Assembly: GCA_050951545.1 (NCBI GenBank)
Contig: JBMNJG010000012.1
Coordinates: 64,001 to 128,000 of the forward strand
DNA: 64,000 bases
From: Limnochordia bacterium
GTDB lineage: Bacteria > Bacillota > Limnochordia > DTU080
Reading direction: 5' to 3'
Shown: positions 9,813 through 17,483 of the stretch, piece after piece
How positions within the stretch are numbered: position 1 is the stretch's first letter
Layout: every line of letters begins with the position of its first letter
Notes under the pieces: model-generated
What the model saw: the letters and a program-made list of their open reading frames with translations, nothing else
Told to the model about the DNA's origin: nothing
The model's database searches: none
Translations under genes and position numbers: made by a program

Positions 9813-10250
9813 TTATCCGTGGCTGTCGAGTGCGTATCCGCCGGAACTGCCCATGATTTCCCGGGCTCGCTGAGCCTCTTCGTCAGAATGCACCTCCACG
9901 TCTGCCAGGATCCTGGTTCTGACACGGCGTTTTCTGGCGGCTGGCTCATCATCAGCGACTACCGCCAGAAGCTCATCGAGGTCACCAATGGAGACATCAA
10001 CTGTGGTGCTGTTGCCCACGAGCGTAGGTCCCGCAGCGGGCAAGGTCATCACCGGGGTACCAGCAAGACGCCATCCACCAACGGGATCATGATCCTCCGA
10101 GAACTCCTGAGCGTGCCGTTGAGGGGGCATGATACGCCTCATGTTGATATGCTCATCCGTGAATCCTCTACGCAGATGCTCGAGAGCTGTTGCCGCCTGT
10201 TGCTCGTTCAGAAAAACGTAACGGACGATACCCAAGACTAGCTCACACAT
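9813..10250 (-). CDS. Hypothetical protein (loosely general-stress/YflT-like layout)
   Basis: Open 145 codons, AAAGGA RBS nearby; F.....A..AL..L..GF N-terminus and V.V...EEAQRAREIM...GG C-terminus; exact start uncertain. Confidence 0.55.
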   Translation of the reverse strand: MCELVLGIVRYVFLNEQQAATALEHLRRGFTDEHINMRRIMPPQRHAQEFSEDHDPVGGWRLAGTPVMTLPAAGPTLVGNSTTVDVSIGDLDELLAVVADDEPAARKRRVRTRILADVEVHSDEEAQRAREIMGSSGGYALDSHG

Positions 10251-10445
10251 CCTTTCTTGGTTTTCGTGGGTTCAGGACAAACCGCCTGTGGCATAGACAC
10301 AAACAGACACGAGTAGTATCTCCAAGGCGAGAAGTTTCTCCAAGGAAGGACCAAGCCCGCGTGTGTAGAAAGATCCCTGCGCTTCATATGGAGACCATCA
10401 CCAGAAAGGATGCACAATCTGACCATCTGTGGCATTATTATGAGT

Positions 10446-10550
10446 GGTAGCTGGTATCGCAAGGCCCTTGTGCTTCCGGAGCCTGAGTCTGTTCACACTC
10501 TGGGGGCCGTTAAGGCAGGTGGGGTCGCTAGTGATACCAGCTACTTTTTC
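10446..10550 (+). ncRNA. Candidate rod-shaped ncRNA / long hairpin
   Basis: 15-bp closing stem GGTAGCTGGTATCGC/GTGATACCAGCTACT, further internal helices, ends in a T-tract. Confidence 0.4.
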
Positions 10551-10551
10551 C

Positions 10552-10580
10552 TTGACTTAATTCCTGATAATCTATATTAT
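10552..10580 (+). promoter_or_regulatory. Sigma-A promoter of the xer gene, overlapping dif-like site
   Basis: TTGACT-N17-TATTAT. Confidence 0.65.
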
Positions 10581-10587
10581 CAGGAAT
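10560..10587. other. dif: dif-like chromosome dimer resolution site (perfect 11-6-11 palindrome)
   Basis: ATTCCTGATAA-TCTATA-TTATCAGGAAT; the inner ATAA-N6-TTAT core is that of known dif sites; 65 bp upstream of a Xer-type gene; near the gene-orientation switch. Confidence 0.8.
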
Positions 10588-10652
10588 AGGGAAGCGTCGT
10601 CTGCCCACGCAGGACGAGCACTTCCCTGGATGGCCAGGAGGTCTCTAGGCAC

Positions 10653-11720
10653 ATGACAACCTCGTACAACGCATGCGTTGACTACTTCATCGACTCACTG
10701 ACCGGACGCTCGTCACAGACGCGTCGTAACTATGAATGTGACCTACAGCAGTTCAAGCTGTTTCTCGTTTTGATGCGGCCACATGTGCTGACACGTTTGG
10801 ACCCAGATCGACTAAGCCAGCTGCAGGGTGATCTGCGCAAAGGCGACGGCAAGCTTTGGGATACAGATCTCTTGCGCCGAAACTACAAGACGCGGCTACG
10901 TTCACAGGCACTTCTTGACTGGTTTGATGTCGAGATCGATCGATTACGCAAAGAGGACGTCGTGGCGTTTTTCGCCTTTCTGGAGTCTACAAAGGAGGTC
11001 AGCCGCGCTACCCTACTTCGTCGCCTTGCATGCTTGCGTCAGTTTTTTCGGCTCATCTCCAGAGAAGGGCTTCCACTCGCCCCCGAGGTTGTTGAGAGGC
11101 TGAATGACATGAGGATCCCACCCGAGCGGAAAGTGCCGGTGGCGCTTAGTGAGGATGAAGTGCTGGGTTTTCTGAGGTCTATTGACAACGTACGAGATCG
11201 GGCCATTATCGTGGTGATGGTGTTCATGGGGTTGCGAGTCTCCGAGGTTGTGCAGCTGAATGTCAACGATATTCAGCCGGGCCAGCCGGGGATTACGATT
11301 CGGGGCAAAGGTGCCAAGGAACGGTATGTACCCATACACCCTCAGGTTCATGACGCTGTGCAGGCCTATTTGGCTGTTCGTGTTGATGCGATGGCAGATG
11401 AGTATGGGGAGCCTCTTTTCGTCAGTAACCGCAAGAAGCGAATCGATACTTCGACTATACGCCGTTTCATCAAACGCTACTCGCTGTCCGTTGGTGAGTT
11501 GGAGGCGCGCAAGAAGAGTAAGCTCAGTCCGCATAAGTTTCGGCACACGTTTGCCACTCTGCTTCTCTCGAACGGTGTAGACATTCGCTACATTCAGGAG
11601 TTATTGGGCCATCAGCATCTATCTACCACGGAGATATATACCGCCGTGCGTGCTGCGGAGCTTGATGCAGCGATCGCCCAGCACCCTCTTGGTGAGGAAG
11701 ACAGCTTCCGGCAAGACTGA
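10653..11720 (+). CDS. Xer-family tyrosine recombinase (XerC/XerS-like, 355 aa)
   Basis: Catalytic set intact: GLRVSE (R), GKG (K), HKFRH (HxxR), LGH (H), TEIY (Y). Confidence 0.92.
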   Translation: MTTSYNACVDYFIDSLTGRSSQTRRNYECDLQQFKLFLVLMRPHVLTRLDPDRLSQLQGDLRKGDGKLWDTDLLRRNYKTRLRSQALLDWFDVEIDRLRKEDVVAFFAFLESTKEVSRATLLRRLACLRQFFRLISREGLPLAPEVVERLNDMRIPPERKVPVALSEDEVLGFLRSIDNVRDRAIIVVMVFMGLRVSEVVQLNVNDIQPGQPGITIRGKGAKERYVPIHPQVHDAVQAYLAVRVDAMADEYGEPLFVSNRKKRIDTSTIRRFIKRYSLSVGELEARKKSKLSPHKFRHTFATLLLSNGVDIRYIQELLGHQHLSTTEIYTAVRAAELDAAIAQHPLGEEDSFRQD

Positions 11721-11740
11721 TTACCATATTCGGTGGGCGC

Positions 11741-12097
11741 TTAAAGCAGCTGGTTTCGACGGTCGGGAATGTGCAGCACCGCTCCGGGGCGCAGATCACT
11801 GTCAGATAGGTTGTTGATGCGGCGAATCGTGTCTATGGTGCGCCGTGGGTCAACGCCCTGTGGGCCGTGATCGATAGCGAGCTGCCAGAGGGTGTCGCCT
11901 GCGCGGACAACTATGGGTTGGATGTTGGCAGTTGACGCTGCCTGCAAATGTGAGTTGTCACTTCCCCACCTCGTCGCTGCGAGAGCAACCCAGAATAGTA
12001 CCAGCAATGAGACAGCAGTCAGCATCCGGATGCCCTTGCAGGGATCTGCAGCATGACTATCGTTCTTTTTGCGCGTGGGTGCCTGCCAGAGATCCAT
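11741..12097 (-). CDS. yneA: LysM-domain membrane protein, YneA-like SOS division inhibitor
   Basis: One TM segment plus LysM (VRAGDTLWQLA...IRRINNL...LRPGAVLHIP); divergent from lexA with SOS boxes between. Confidence 0.75.
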   Translation of the reverse strand: MDLWQAPTRKKNDSHAADPCKGIRMLTAVSLLVLFWVALAATRWGSDNSHLQAASTANIQPIVVRAGDTLWQLAIDHGPQGVDPRRTIDTIRRINNLSDSDLRPGAVLHIPDRRNQLL

Positions 12098-12127
12098 TGG
12101 TACTCCCCCCCTGCCTAATGCTGTTCA

Positions 12128-12208
12128 CGAACAGGCGTTCCTCAAGACAACCTTACAGTAACACGAACTTTTGTTCGTGTCAAGCACAACTGACCGAACG
12201 AGTGTTTG
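12128..12208. promoter_or_regulatory. LexA (Cheo/SOS) boxes, three copies
   Basis: CGAACAGGCGTTCC (12128), CGAACTTTTGTTCG (12164), CGAACGAGTGTTTG (12195) match GAAC-N4-GTTC; a weaker fourth at 12216. Confidence 0.9.
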
Positions 12209-12273
12209 AAATGGGCGAACATGTGTGTTACAATGGCCACAGCTGGATACATGGAGAGCTGAGGTGACAGGCT

Positions 12274-12879
12274 TTGGATAGGCTAAGCTCCAGACAGAGG
12301 CAGGTTCTCGACGCTATCAGAGACCAGGTGTTTCGTAAGGGTTATCCCCCTTCGGTACGTGAAATCGGTGATGCTGTCGGGTTGGCATCTAGTTCCACTG
12401 TGCATGCTCACTTAGAAACGCTAGAGAGAGAGGGTTTCATTCGGCGTGACCCTACAAAGCCCCGGGCCATCGAGCTTCTCGATTCGGCGGTACCGAACCG
12501 CAAGGTGGTGCATGTTCCGGTTGTCGGACGGGTCACGGCTGGTCAACCCATTTTGGCAGTCGAGAATATCGAGGATTACTTCCCTATCTCGCGGGAGCTT
12601 CTGGCTGAGGATGAGGCGTTCATGCTTCGGGTCACAGGCGACAGCATGATAGGTGCCGGAATCCTTGACGGTGATTTTGTTTTTGTTCGTCAGCAGTCGC
12701 ATGCCTCGAACGGGGAGATTGTGGTTGCCCTTATTGACGACGAGGCAACTGTAAAAAGGTTCTTCCGGGAGAATGATCATTTCCGACTTCAGCCCGAAAA
12801 CCCGGTGTACGAACCTATTCGCGTTGCTGATGTCTCGATTCTGGGCAAGGTGATAGGTATTTTTAGGCGGATGCACTGA
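12274..12879 (+). CDS. lexA: LexA repressor
   Basis: [23 protein letters not shown] cleavage site, GDSM (Ser), TVKR (Lys). Confidence 0.98.
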   Translation: MDRLSSRQRQVLDAIRDQVFRKGYPPSVREIGDAVGLASSSTVHAHLETLEREGFIRRDPTKPRAIELLDSAVPNRKVVHVPVVGRVTAGQPILAVENIEDYFPISRELLAEDEAFMLRVTGDSMIGAGILDGDFVFVRQQSHASNGEIVVALIDDEATVKRFFRENDHFRLQPENPVYEPIRVADVSILGKVIGIFRRMH

Positions 12880-12900
12880 TAGAAGCAGGGGTTTCTCACA

Positions 12901-12949
12901 ATCGAGTAGGGTGAGGCTCGCTGATCACGCGAGCCTCACCCTACTCGAT
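12901..12949. terminator. Perfect 21-bp inverted repeat between convergent genes
   Basis: ATCGAGTAGGGTGAGGCTCGC-TGATCAC-GCGAGCCTCACCCTACTCGAT; no clear U-tract. Confidence 0.6.
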
Positions 12950-12961
12950 ATATTGCACAAC

Positions 12962-13360
12962 TCAGACAAACGATCCACTAGCCACGCCTTCCTGTGACAC
13001 ATGCCTGCTTGTGGCTGCTGCCCGGAGTGCCGCTTGGTTGGTGATTCCCATCATGGTGAAGAACATCTCCAGGGCCAGTTTCTGTCCGGAGAAGACGGGC
13101 TCCAGCCCAGCGAATTCGGATGACGCGAGACGAGGTAGAGATGCGTATCGGCCAACAGCGTGTCGATAAGCAACCTCTACCCCGTCTTTTTCCACAATCC
13201 CCATCAGTTCGGCGTACTGTGATCGGCGAGCTTCCGCTTGGGTTCTCCAGAACTGAGGGTTGTCTGTCAAGGTGCTTGCCAGGAGATCCTGCTTGGCAAG
13301 GCGCCTAAACTTCTTCAGCCCCCGCAAGGCGTCGTCGTCGGAGATCCGAATCATGGGCAT
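12962..13360 (-). CDS. Hypothetical protein
   Basis: 132 aa, GGAGGGGGAG RBS, SigH-like promoter upstream. Confidence 0.75.
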   Translation of the reverse strand: MPMIRISDDDALRGLKKFRRLAKQDLLASTLTDNPQFWRTQAEARRSQYAELMGIVEKDGVEVAYRHAVGRYASLPRLASSEFAGLEPVFSGQKLALEMFFTMMGITNQAALRAAATSRHVSQEGVASGSFV

Positions 13361-13441
13361 CTCCCCCTCCAGTTATGGTCTGACGACTGTCAGATGTGAA
13401 GCGACCTAGTCACATACCGACGGATTGTGTCTAGGATTCTT

Positions 13442-13470
13442 ATTCGCTCTCGCTGAAGCGTACTCCTTTT
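13442..13470 (-). promoter_or_regulatory. SigH-like promoter
   Basis: AAAGGA-N18-GAAT on the - strand. Confidence 0.5.
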
Positions 13471-13495
13471 TACGTTGCATCATAATATGAGCGCC
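13465..13495 (-). repeat. Copy 3 (shorter, divergent loop) of unannotated hairpin motif
   Basis: - strand GGCGCTCAT-ATT-ATGATGCAACGTAAAAAGG. Confidence 0.55.
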
Positions 13496-13691
13496 GCTCC
13501 ATGCGTGCGCGCAGCCGAGGAATGGCTAGGAGATGCGAGTTGCCGTCTACGACGACTCGGCATACATCGCAGGTTCCCCTGCTAGACAAGCGCGTTAGTA
13601 GCAGCTCCGCGTAATCGAGTCTGTCGGCCCAGACTGGCGGCTGATGCCCACAACCGGGACCGGAACGCTGATGCTGTTTCCGATGCGGCAT
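13470..13691 (-). CDS. Possible small hypothetical protein
   Basis: 73 aa ORF with GGAGG RBS; no recognisable family. Confidence 0.3.
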   Translation of the reverse strand: MPHRKQHQRSGPGCGHQPPVWADRLDYAELLLTRLSSRGTCDVCRVVVDGNSHLLAIPRLRARMERRSYYDAT

Positions 13692-13794
13692 AGGCCTATA
13701 CCTCCGTTCTCATTGGTAGTATACGTCTGGGTGCACCGAAGGATACCAGCCAGAGAAGATCGCATCTGGCTCTGGGACCTGGGGACGTCGGACA

Positions 13795-14022
13795 CTAGGC
13801 CTGATGGTCCGCTGGGTGGAGACCCTCAGCGACTAGGTGGGACTCGCTGTCGGCGGGCCCTGTATAGATCCTGATGCTGTAATTGCTTCCGGCTTTTCCC
13901 AGCCCGAAGACGAGGCCTCTGCTTTTGAGACACTGATTGAGAAAGGTGACCACACGGTGTAGTTCGTTAGCACTGAAGGTCTCGCTGGCAAGAAGCTGCA
14001 GTTGGTCGGGCTCATCCGTCAT
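13795..14022 (-). CDS. YpmA/DUF4264 family small protein
   Basis: ELHRVVTFLNQCLKSRGLVFGL matches the YpmA pattern LY.VVDFLN..LK...L.FGL; AAGGAGG RBS. Confidence 0.75.
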   Translation of the reverse strand: MTDEPDQLQLLASETFSANELHRVVTFLNQCLKSRGLVFGLGKAGSNYSIRIYTGPADSESHLVAEGLHPADHQA

Positions 14023-14056
14023 GATCCCAGGATCCTCCTTGGTGGTGTTCTGCTGT

Positions 14057-14287
14057 TCAGCGAATAGACATCACTGAAACGCATCGTCTCATGGCCAAAT
14101 AGAAGGATCCGACAAGGGAGCCTCCGTATAGAAGCATACTGCCACACGCTACTAATGACAAGCCCAGGCGCAGCCACCGCGGGAAACGCTCTGTGCTTTC
14201 AGATTGTTCGAGCCACAGCAAAAGGGTAGCCGAGACCAAGGCCACCAGTCCGCAGATAACTCCCGCAGTTAGCACCCATGCTGACAT
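14057..14287 (-). CDS. Small two-TM membrane protein
   Basis: Two hydrophobic helices; GGGGGTG RBS; SigK-like CAC-N17-CATAGGAT upstream. Confidence 0.55.
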   Translation of the reverse strand: MSAWVLTAGVICGLVALVSATLLLWLEQSESTERFPRWLRLGLSLVACGSMLLYGGSLVGSFYLAMRRCVSVMSIR

Positions 14288-14342
14288 GTCGCACCCACCC
14301 CCGCTTGCATCCTATGCTTTCCTACGGGCGTGGGTGAGTCAG

Positions 14343-15122
14343 CTATGTTGAAGGGTGGAGCGGCCAGTTCTGCAGCACTTCGAGGCTAGCGTAGTGCGTC
14401 AGATCGTAGTGAACCGGAGTCAGAGAGACATATCCGGCCGCAAGAGCCTGAGCATCGGTTCCCTCTTGCCCCTCGGTGTCCACTGCAGTGCCTGCTCGCC
14501 AATAGTAGGTTCCCCCGCGGGGATCAGTCCTGCGATGCACGCCGTCCATATAGCGGCGCATGCCCAGCCGTGTCACCTTAGTGCCTCGAATGTCTGCAGG
14601 CGGAAGGGCTGGAATGTTGATGTTGAGCAAAGTGTCAGCGGCCAGGCCCCTTGTGGCCACCTGCAGCGAGAAATGGGTGGCGATGTCTGCGGCCATCTCC
14701 CACGGAAGCGGTGAGCTGCCTTCAGCCAGGGAGACAGCCAAAGCAGGCACTCCCATCACGGCTGCTTCCATCGCTGCGCTGACGGTGCCAGAATAGATGA
14801 TATCCGTACCCAGGTTTACCCCATCATTGATGCCCGAAATCACTGCGTCGCAAGGATCCGTGTCAGAAAGCAAGGCCTCCAGGCCCAAGCGGACGCAATC
14901 TGCAGGTGTGCCATCTACAGCATAGGCCCTGATGCCTTCCGCAAAGGGGACGGGGTGCACTCGCAGCGGATAATACACCGTAATCGCGTGACTGGTTGCA
15001 CTGCGTTCACGGTCAGGAGCCACCACGGTCACGCGTCCTTCGCGCTGCAGACGAACGGCGAGCGCATGCAGGCCGGGGGCGTTGATGCCGTCATCGTTAC
15101 TCAACAAGAAATGCAAGGGCAT
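14343..15122 (-). CDS. surE: 5'/3'-nucleotidase SurE
   Basis: SNDDGINAPG, GTPADCV, SGIN.G.N.G...YSGTV. Confidence 0.96.
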   Translation of the reverse strand: MPLHFLLSNDDGINAPGLHALAVRLQREGRVTVVAPDRERSATSHAITVYYPLRVHPVPFAEGIRAYAVDGTPADCVRLGLEALLSDTDPCDAVISGINDGVNLGTDIIYSGTVSAAMEAAVMGVPALAVSLAEGSSPLPWEMAADIATHFSLQVATRGLAADTLLNINIPALPPADIRGTKVTRLGMRRYMDGVHRRTDPRGGTYYWRAGTAVDTEGQEGTDAQALAAGYVSLTPVHYDLTHYASLEVLQNWPLHPST

Positions 15123-15140
15123 CTCCTTTCAGGCGTAGAG

Positions 15141-15815
15141 CTAATCTCTCGATCTCACTGAGAGTATCCCTTCAAGACTGGCGATCTCGTTGAGGACCGT
15201 AATCCGATTAACCTTTTTGGGAAGGACCACTGACAGCTCCAACAGCGTTGGGCGTACGTCCTGGTCCAGACTCACGTCGTGGATGTTGATACCGTAGCGA
15301 CCAAGAACTAGACCAATGGCTCCAAGCTGTCCGGGTTGATCGGAGATCTCGAGAAGAAGCACATGTCGCTTGGTGGACAGAAAGTGCCGTTCGACCCTAG
15401 ACAGAAGCAGAAGCGTGACGAGCACCAGGCCTGTAGTGACACTTGCTGGAAGATAGGCTCCGATACCTACTGCCATGCCGATACCAGCGACAACCCAGAG
15501 GCTCGCAGCCGTGGTGAGGCCGCGAACGTTGGAGCCCTCACGCATAATGGTGCCCGCTCCTAGAAACCCTATGCCACTGACCACTTGGGAGGCAATGCGA
15601 GCGGCATCGTAGGTGGGGCGACCGAAGGAGAACCTGATTGGGGCTATTCCGTAGACGGAGACGATCATGATCAGGGCAGAACCCACTGAAACCAGGATGT
15701 GCGTCCGAAAGCCAGCGGGGCGACCATAGCTTTCGCGTTCTAGGCCGATCAGTCCCCCGAAGACTAGTGCCAACACCAGCCTGGCTGCGATTTCCCAATC
15801 TGAGAGGTTGGTCAA
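15141..15815 (-). CDS. MgtC/SapB family protein with C-terminal ACT-like domain
   Basis: IGLERE...[33 protein letters not shown]; TTG start at 15815 after GGAGGG. Confidence 0.9.
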   Translation of the reverse strand: MTNLSDWEIAARLVLALVFGGLIGLERESYGRPAGFRTHILVSVGSALIMIVSVYGIAPIRFSFGRPTYDAARIASQVVSGIGFLGAGTIMREGSNVRGLTTAASLWVVAGIGMAVGIGAYLPASVTTGLVLVTLLLLSRVERHFLSTKRHVLLLEISDQPGQLGAIGLVLGRYGINIHDVSLDQDVRPTLLELSVVLPKKVNRITVLNEIASLEGILSVRSRD

Positions 15816-15905
15816 GGCATTCCCTCCATTTCCTGCAGAAAAATCTGTAGGAAAAAAGCTTGCCTGCTGGCAAGCTCGTTTCACCGCCATGATCTCGGAG
15901 CCAAC

Positions 15906-16550
15906 TCAGAACTGGCGCTCGATCTTGCTCTTGATTCTGCACAAGGCGTTATCGATGGATTTGGTGTGCGTGTGTAGCCTTCTCGCCATCTCCTTGTACG
16001 ACAGCCCGTTGATATAGAGCCTGAACACACGATACTCGAAGTCCGAGAGGTTTTCCTTGATGTGCTTCTGCGTGTAGTGCAGGCGCTCCCGGTCGATAAC
16101 CAGAGACTCGGGATCGTCCACCTTGTTGTTATGCAAGATCTCCATCAATGTGCGATCGCCTTCGACATCATATATCGGCTTATGCAGCGAGGTATAGGAG
16201 TTGAGAGGAATGTGTTTCTGGCGTGTGGTCCCTTTTATGGCACTTATCACATTGCGGTTGATGCAGAGCTTGGCGAAAGACCAAAACGACGATGAGCCAG
16301 GTGAAAAGTCACGTATGGCCTTATAAAGGCCAATCATGCCCTCCTGCAGCAAATCATCATCCTCGGCCCCTTGTAGGAAATAGGGTCTGGTCCAGATAAA
16401 GACGAGTTTCTGGTACTTCAGTAGGAGGTATTCGATGGCTTCCTCGTTTGCAGACTGGGCGTAGGCCACTACATCCTCGTCAGCCATCTGGGAAAAATCG
16501 ACTTTGAGGGTTTTCTGGAGACCGTCTTCCAGCAGGGCGTTTCCGCTCAT
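15906..16550 (-). CDS. sigH: RNA polymerase sigma factor SigH (or close paralogue)
   Basis: YFLQGA..DDLLQEGMIGLYKAIRDF, TRQKHIPLNSY.SL, KSIDNAL.RIK; ATG at 16550 after AGGAG. Confidence 0.9.
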   Translation of the reverse strand: MSGNALLEDGLQKTLKVDFSQMADEDVVAYAQSANEEAIEYLLLKYQKLVFIWTRPYFLQGAEDDDLLQEGMIGLYKAIRDFSPGSSSFWSFAKLCINRNVISAIKGTTRQKHIPLNSYTSLHKPIYDVEGDRTLMEILHNNKVDDPESLVIDRERLHYTQKHIKENLSDFEYRVFRLYINGLSYKEMARRLHTHTKSIDNALCRIKSKIERQF

Positions 16551-16700
16551 GCGGCCATCACTCCTAATGATCACGCACACTCGTTCCAACATTTACATTT
16601 CAACGAGAACGGTGCCGTTCCTCCTTAGGACTTTGTCTGAGCATTAAGACTTTCTCTCCTCTAAGGTTGTCGATCTACTGCTTTTCGAAAATCAGCGGTC

Positions 16701-16741
16701 AAAAAGAGCCCGGATCGCTTCTTCGCCGGCGTCCGGGCTCT
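16701..16741 (-). terminator. Intrinsic terminator between speD region and sigH
   Basis: AGAGCCCGGA...TCCGGGCTCT followed by TTTT on the - strand. Confidence 0.8.
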
Positions 16742-16794
16742 ACGTACAGTGTGCTTTGTCTAGCTTTTTAGCACGCATAGACTTGCTGGTGGAC

Positions 16795-16840
16795 CTCCTC
16801 TAAAAACCCTTCTACGTTACATCACCGACATGAGCGCCCC
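16795..16840 (-). repeat. Copy 1 of 46-bp unannotated intergenic motif
   Basis: 38/46 identical to 18823-18868. Confidence 0.8.
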
Positions 16841-16918
16841 TGATTTTCCTTCTTCGTGGCGGTGAGCCACTCACGGGGTCGCCGCTCCTTACAGATCCAG
16901 CGCGTGCCTGAGGCCCGA

Positions 16919-17311
16919 CTACACAGGACTGACTAACTCCTGCTGCTGTAGTAGTTGGCGCCTAAAGGTTCCCCGCTCGATTTCGGTCGTCGTTGAGTGT
17001 TTGGCTCCAAACTGAGTGAGTAGACGCTTGCATGCATCCCACGGATCGACCCGATCACCACAGGTGAAAACGTCTATCGCAGCGTAACCATACTCCGGCC
17101 AAGTGTGGATGGCCAGATGTGATTCAGAGATCACCACTACACCGCTTACTCCATGGGGACTGAACTGATGAAACGCGACTTCTCGAATTTCTGCACCTGC
17201 CTGTAGTGCTGCATCGACCATCACTGTCTCTACCAGCGCTCGGCTGGTTAGTACCTCAGGGTCACATCCATATGCCTCACATAGGATGTGCCTCCCCAAA
17301 GGCTTGTTCAT
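16919..17311 (-). CDS. speD: S-adenosylmethionine decarboxylase proenzyme
   Basis: [32 protein letters not shown] with ES self-cleavage site. Confidence 0.95.
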   Translation of the reverse strand: MNKPLGRHILCEAYGCDPEVLTSRALVETVMVDAALQAGAEIREVAFHQFSPHGVSGVVVISESHLAIHTWPEYGYAAIDVFTCGDRVDPWDACKRLLTQFGAKHSTTTEIERGTFRRQLLQQQELVSPV

Positions 17312-17400
17312 TCCATTCGTTGCCCCCTTTCAGGAGGTTCTTACTCCCTAGTAACGGGCAGGCCGCCGACACGCGTACCGCCGGGAATTATGCATGCCTC

Positions 17401-17428
17401 ATTCTAGCAGATCTTACCCGAATGTCAA
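17401..17428 (-). promoter_or_regulatory. Sigma-A promoter of speD
   Basis: TTGACA-N16-TAGAAT with extended TGn. Confidence 0.7.
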
Positions 17429-17483
17429 CCAGGAACCATGAGAAACCAGGCTGGGTGAGGCGCAGCCATTTTGGGGTTCTGCG

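Noticed and set aside
9708-10241. 177-aa + strand ORF
   Set aside because: Starts inside the tRNA, runs through its terminator, and is antisense to a better-supported ORF
10446-10550. SRP (4.5S) or 6S RNA assignment for the long hairpin
   Set aside because: Lacks the SRP GNRA tetraloop and symmetric-loop motif, and is too short and lacks the large central bubble of 6S; kept only as an unknown ncRNA candidate
9662-11720. tRNA-Trp next to a tyrosine recombinase as an integrative element or prophage
   Set aside because: No convincing duplicated tRNA 3' end and no phage or ICE cargo; the flanks are core genes (yneA, lexA); the dif-like site explains the recombinase better
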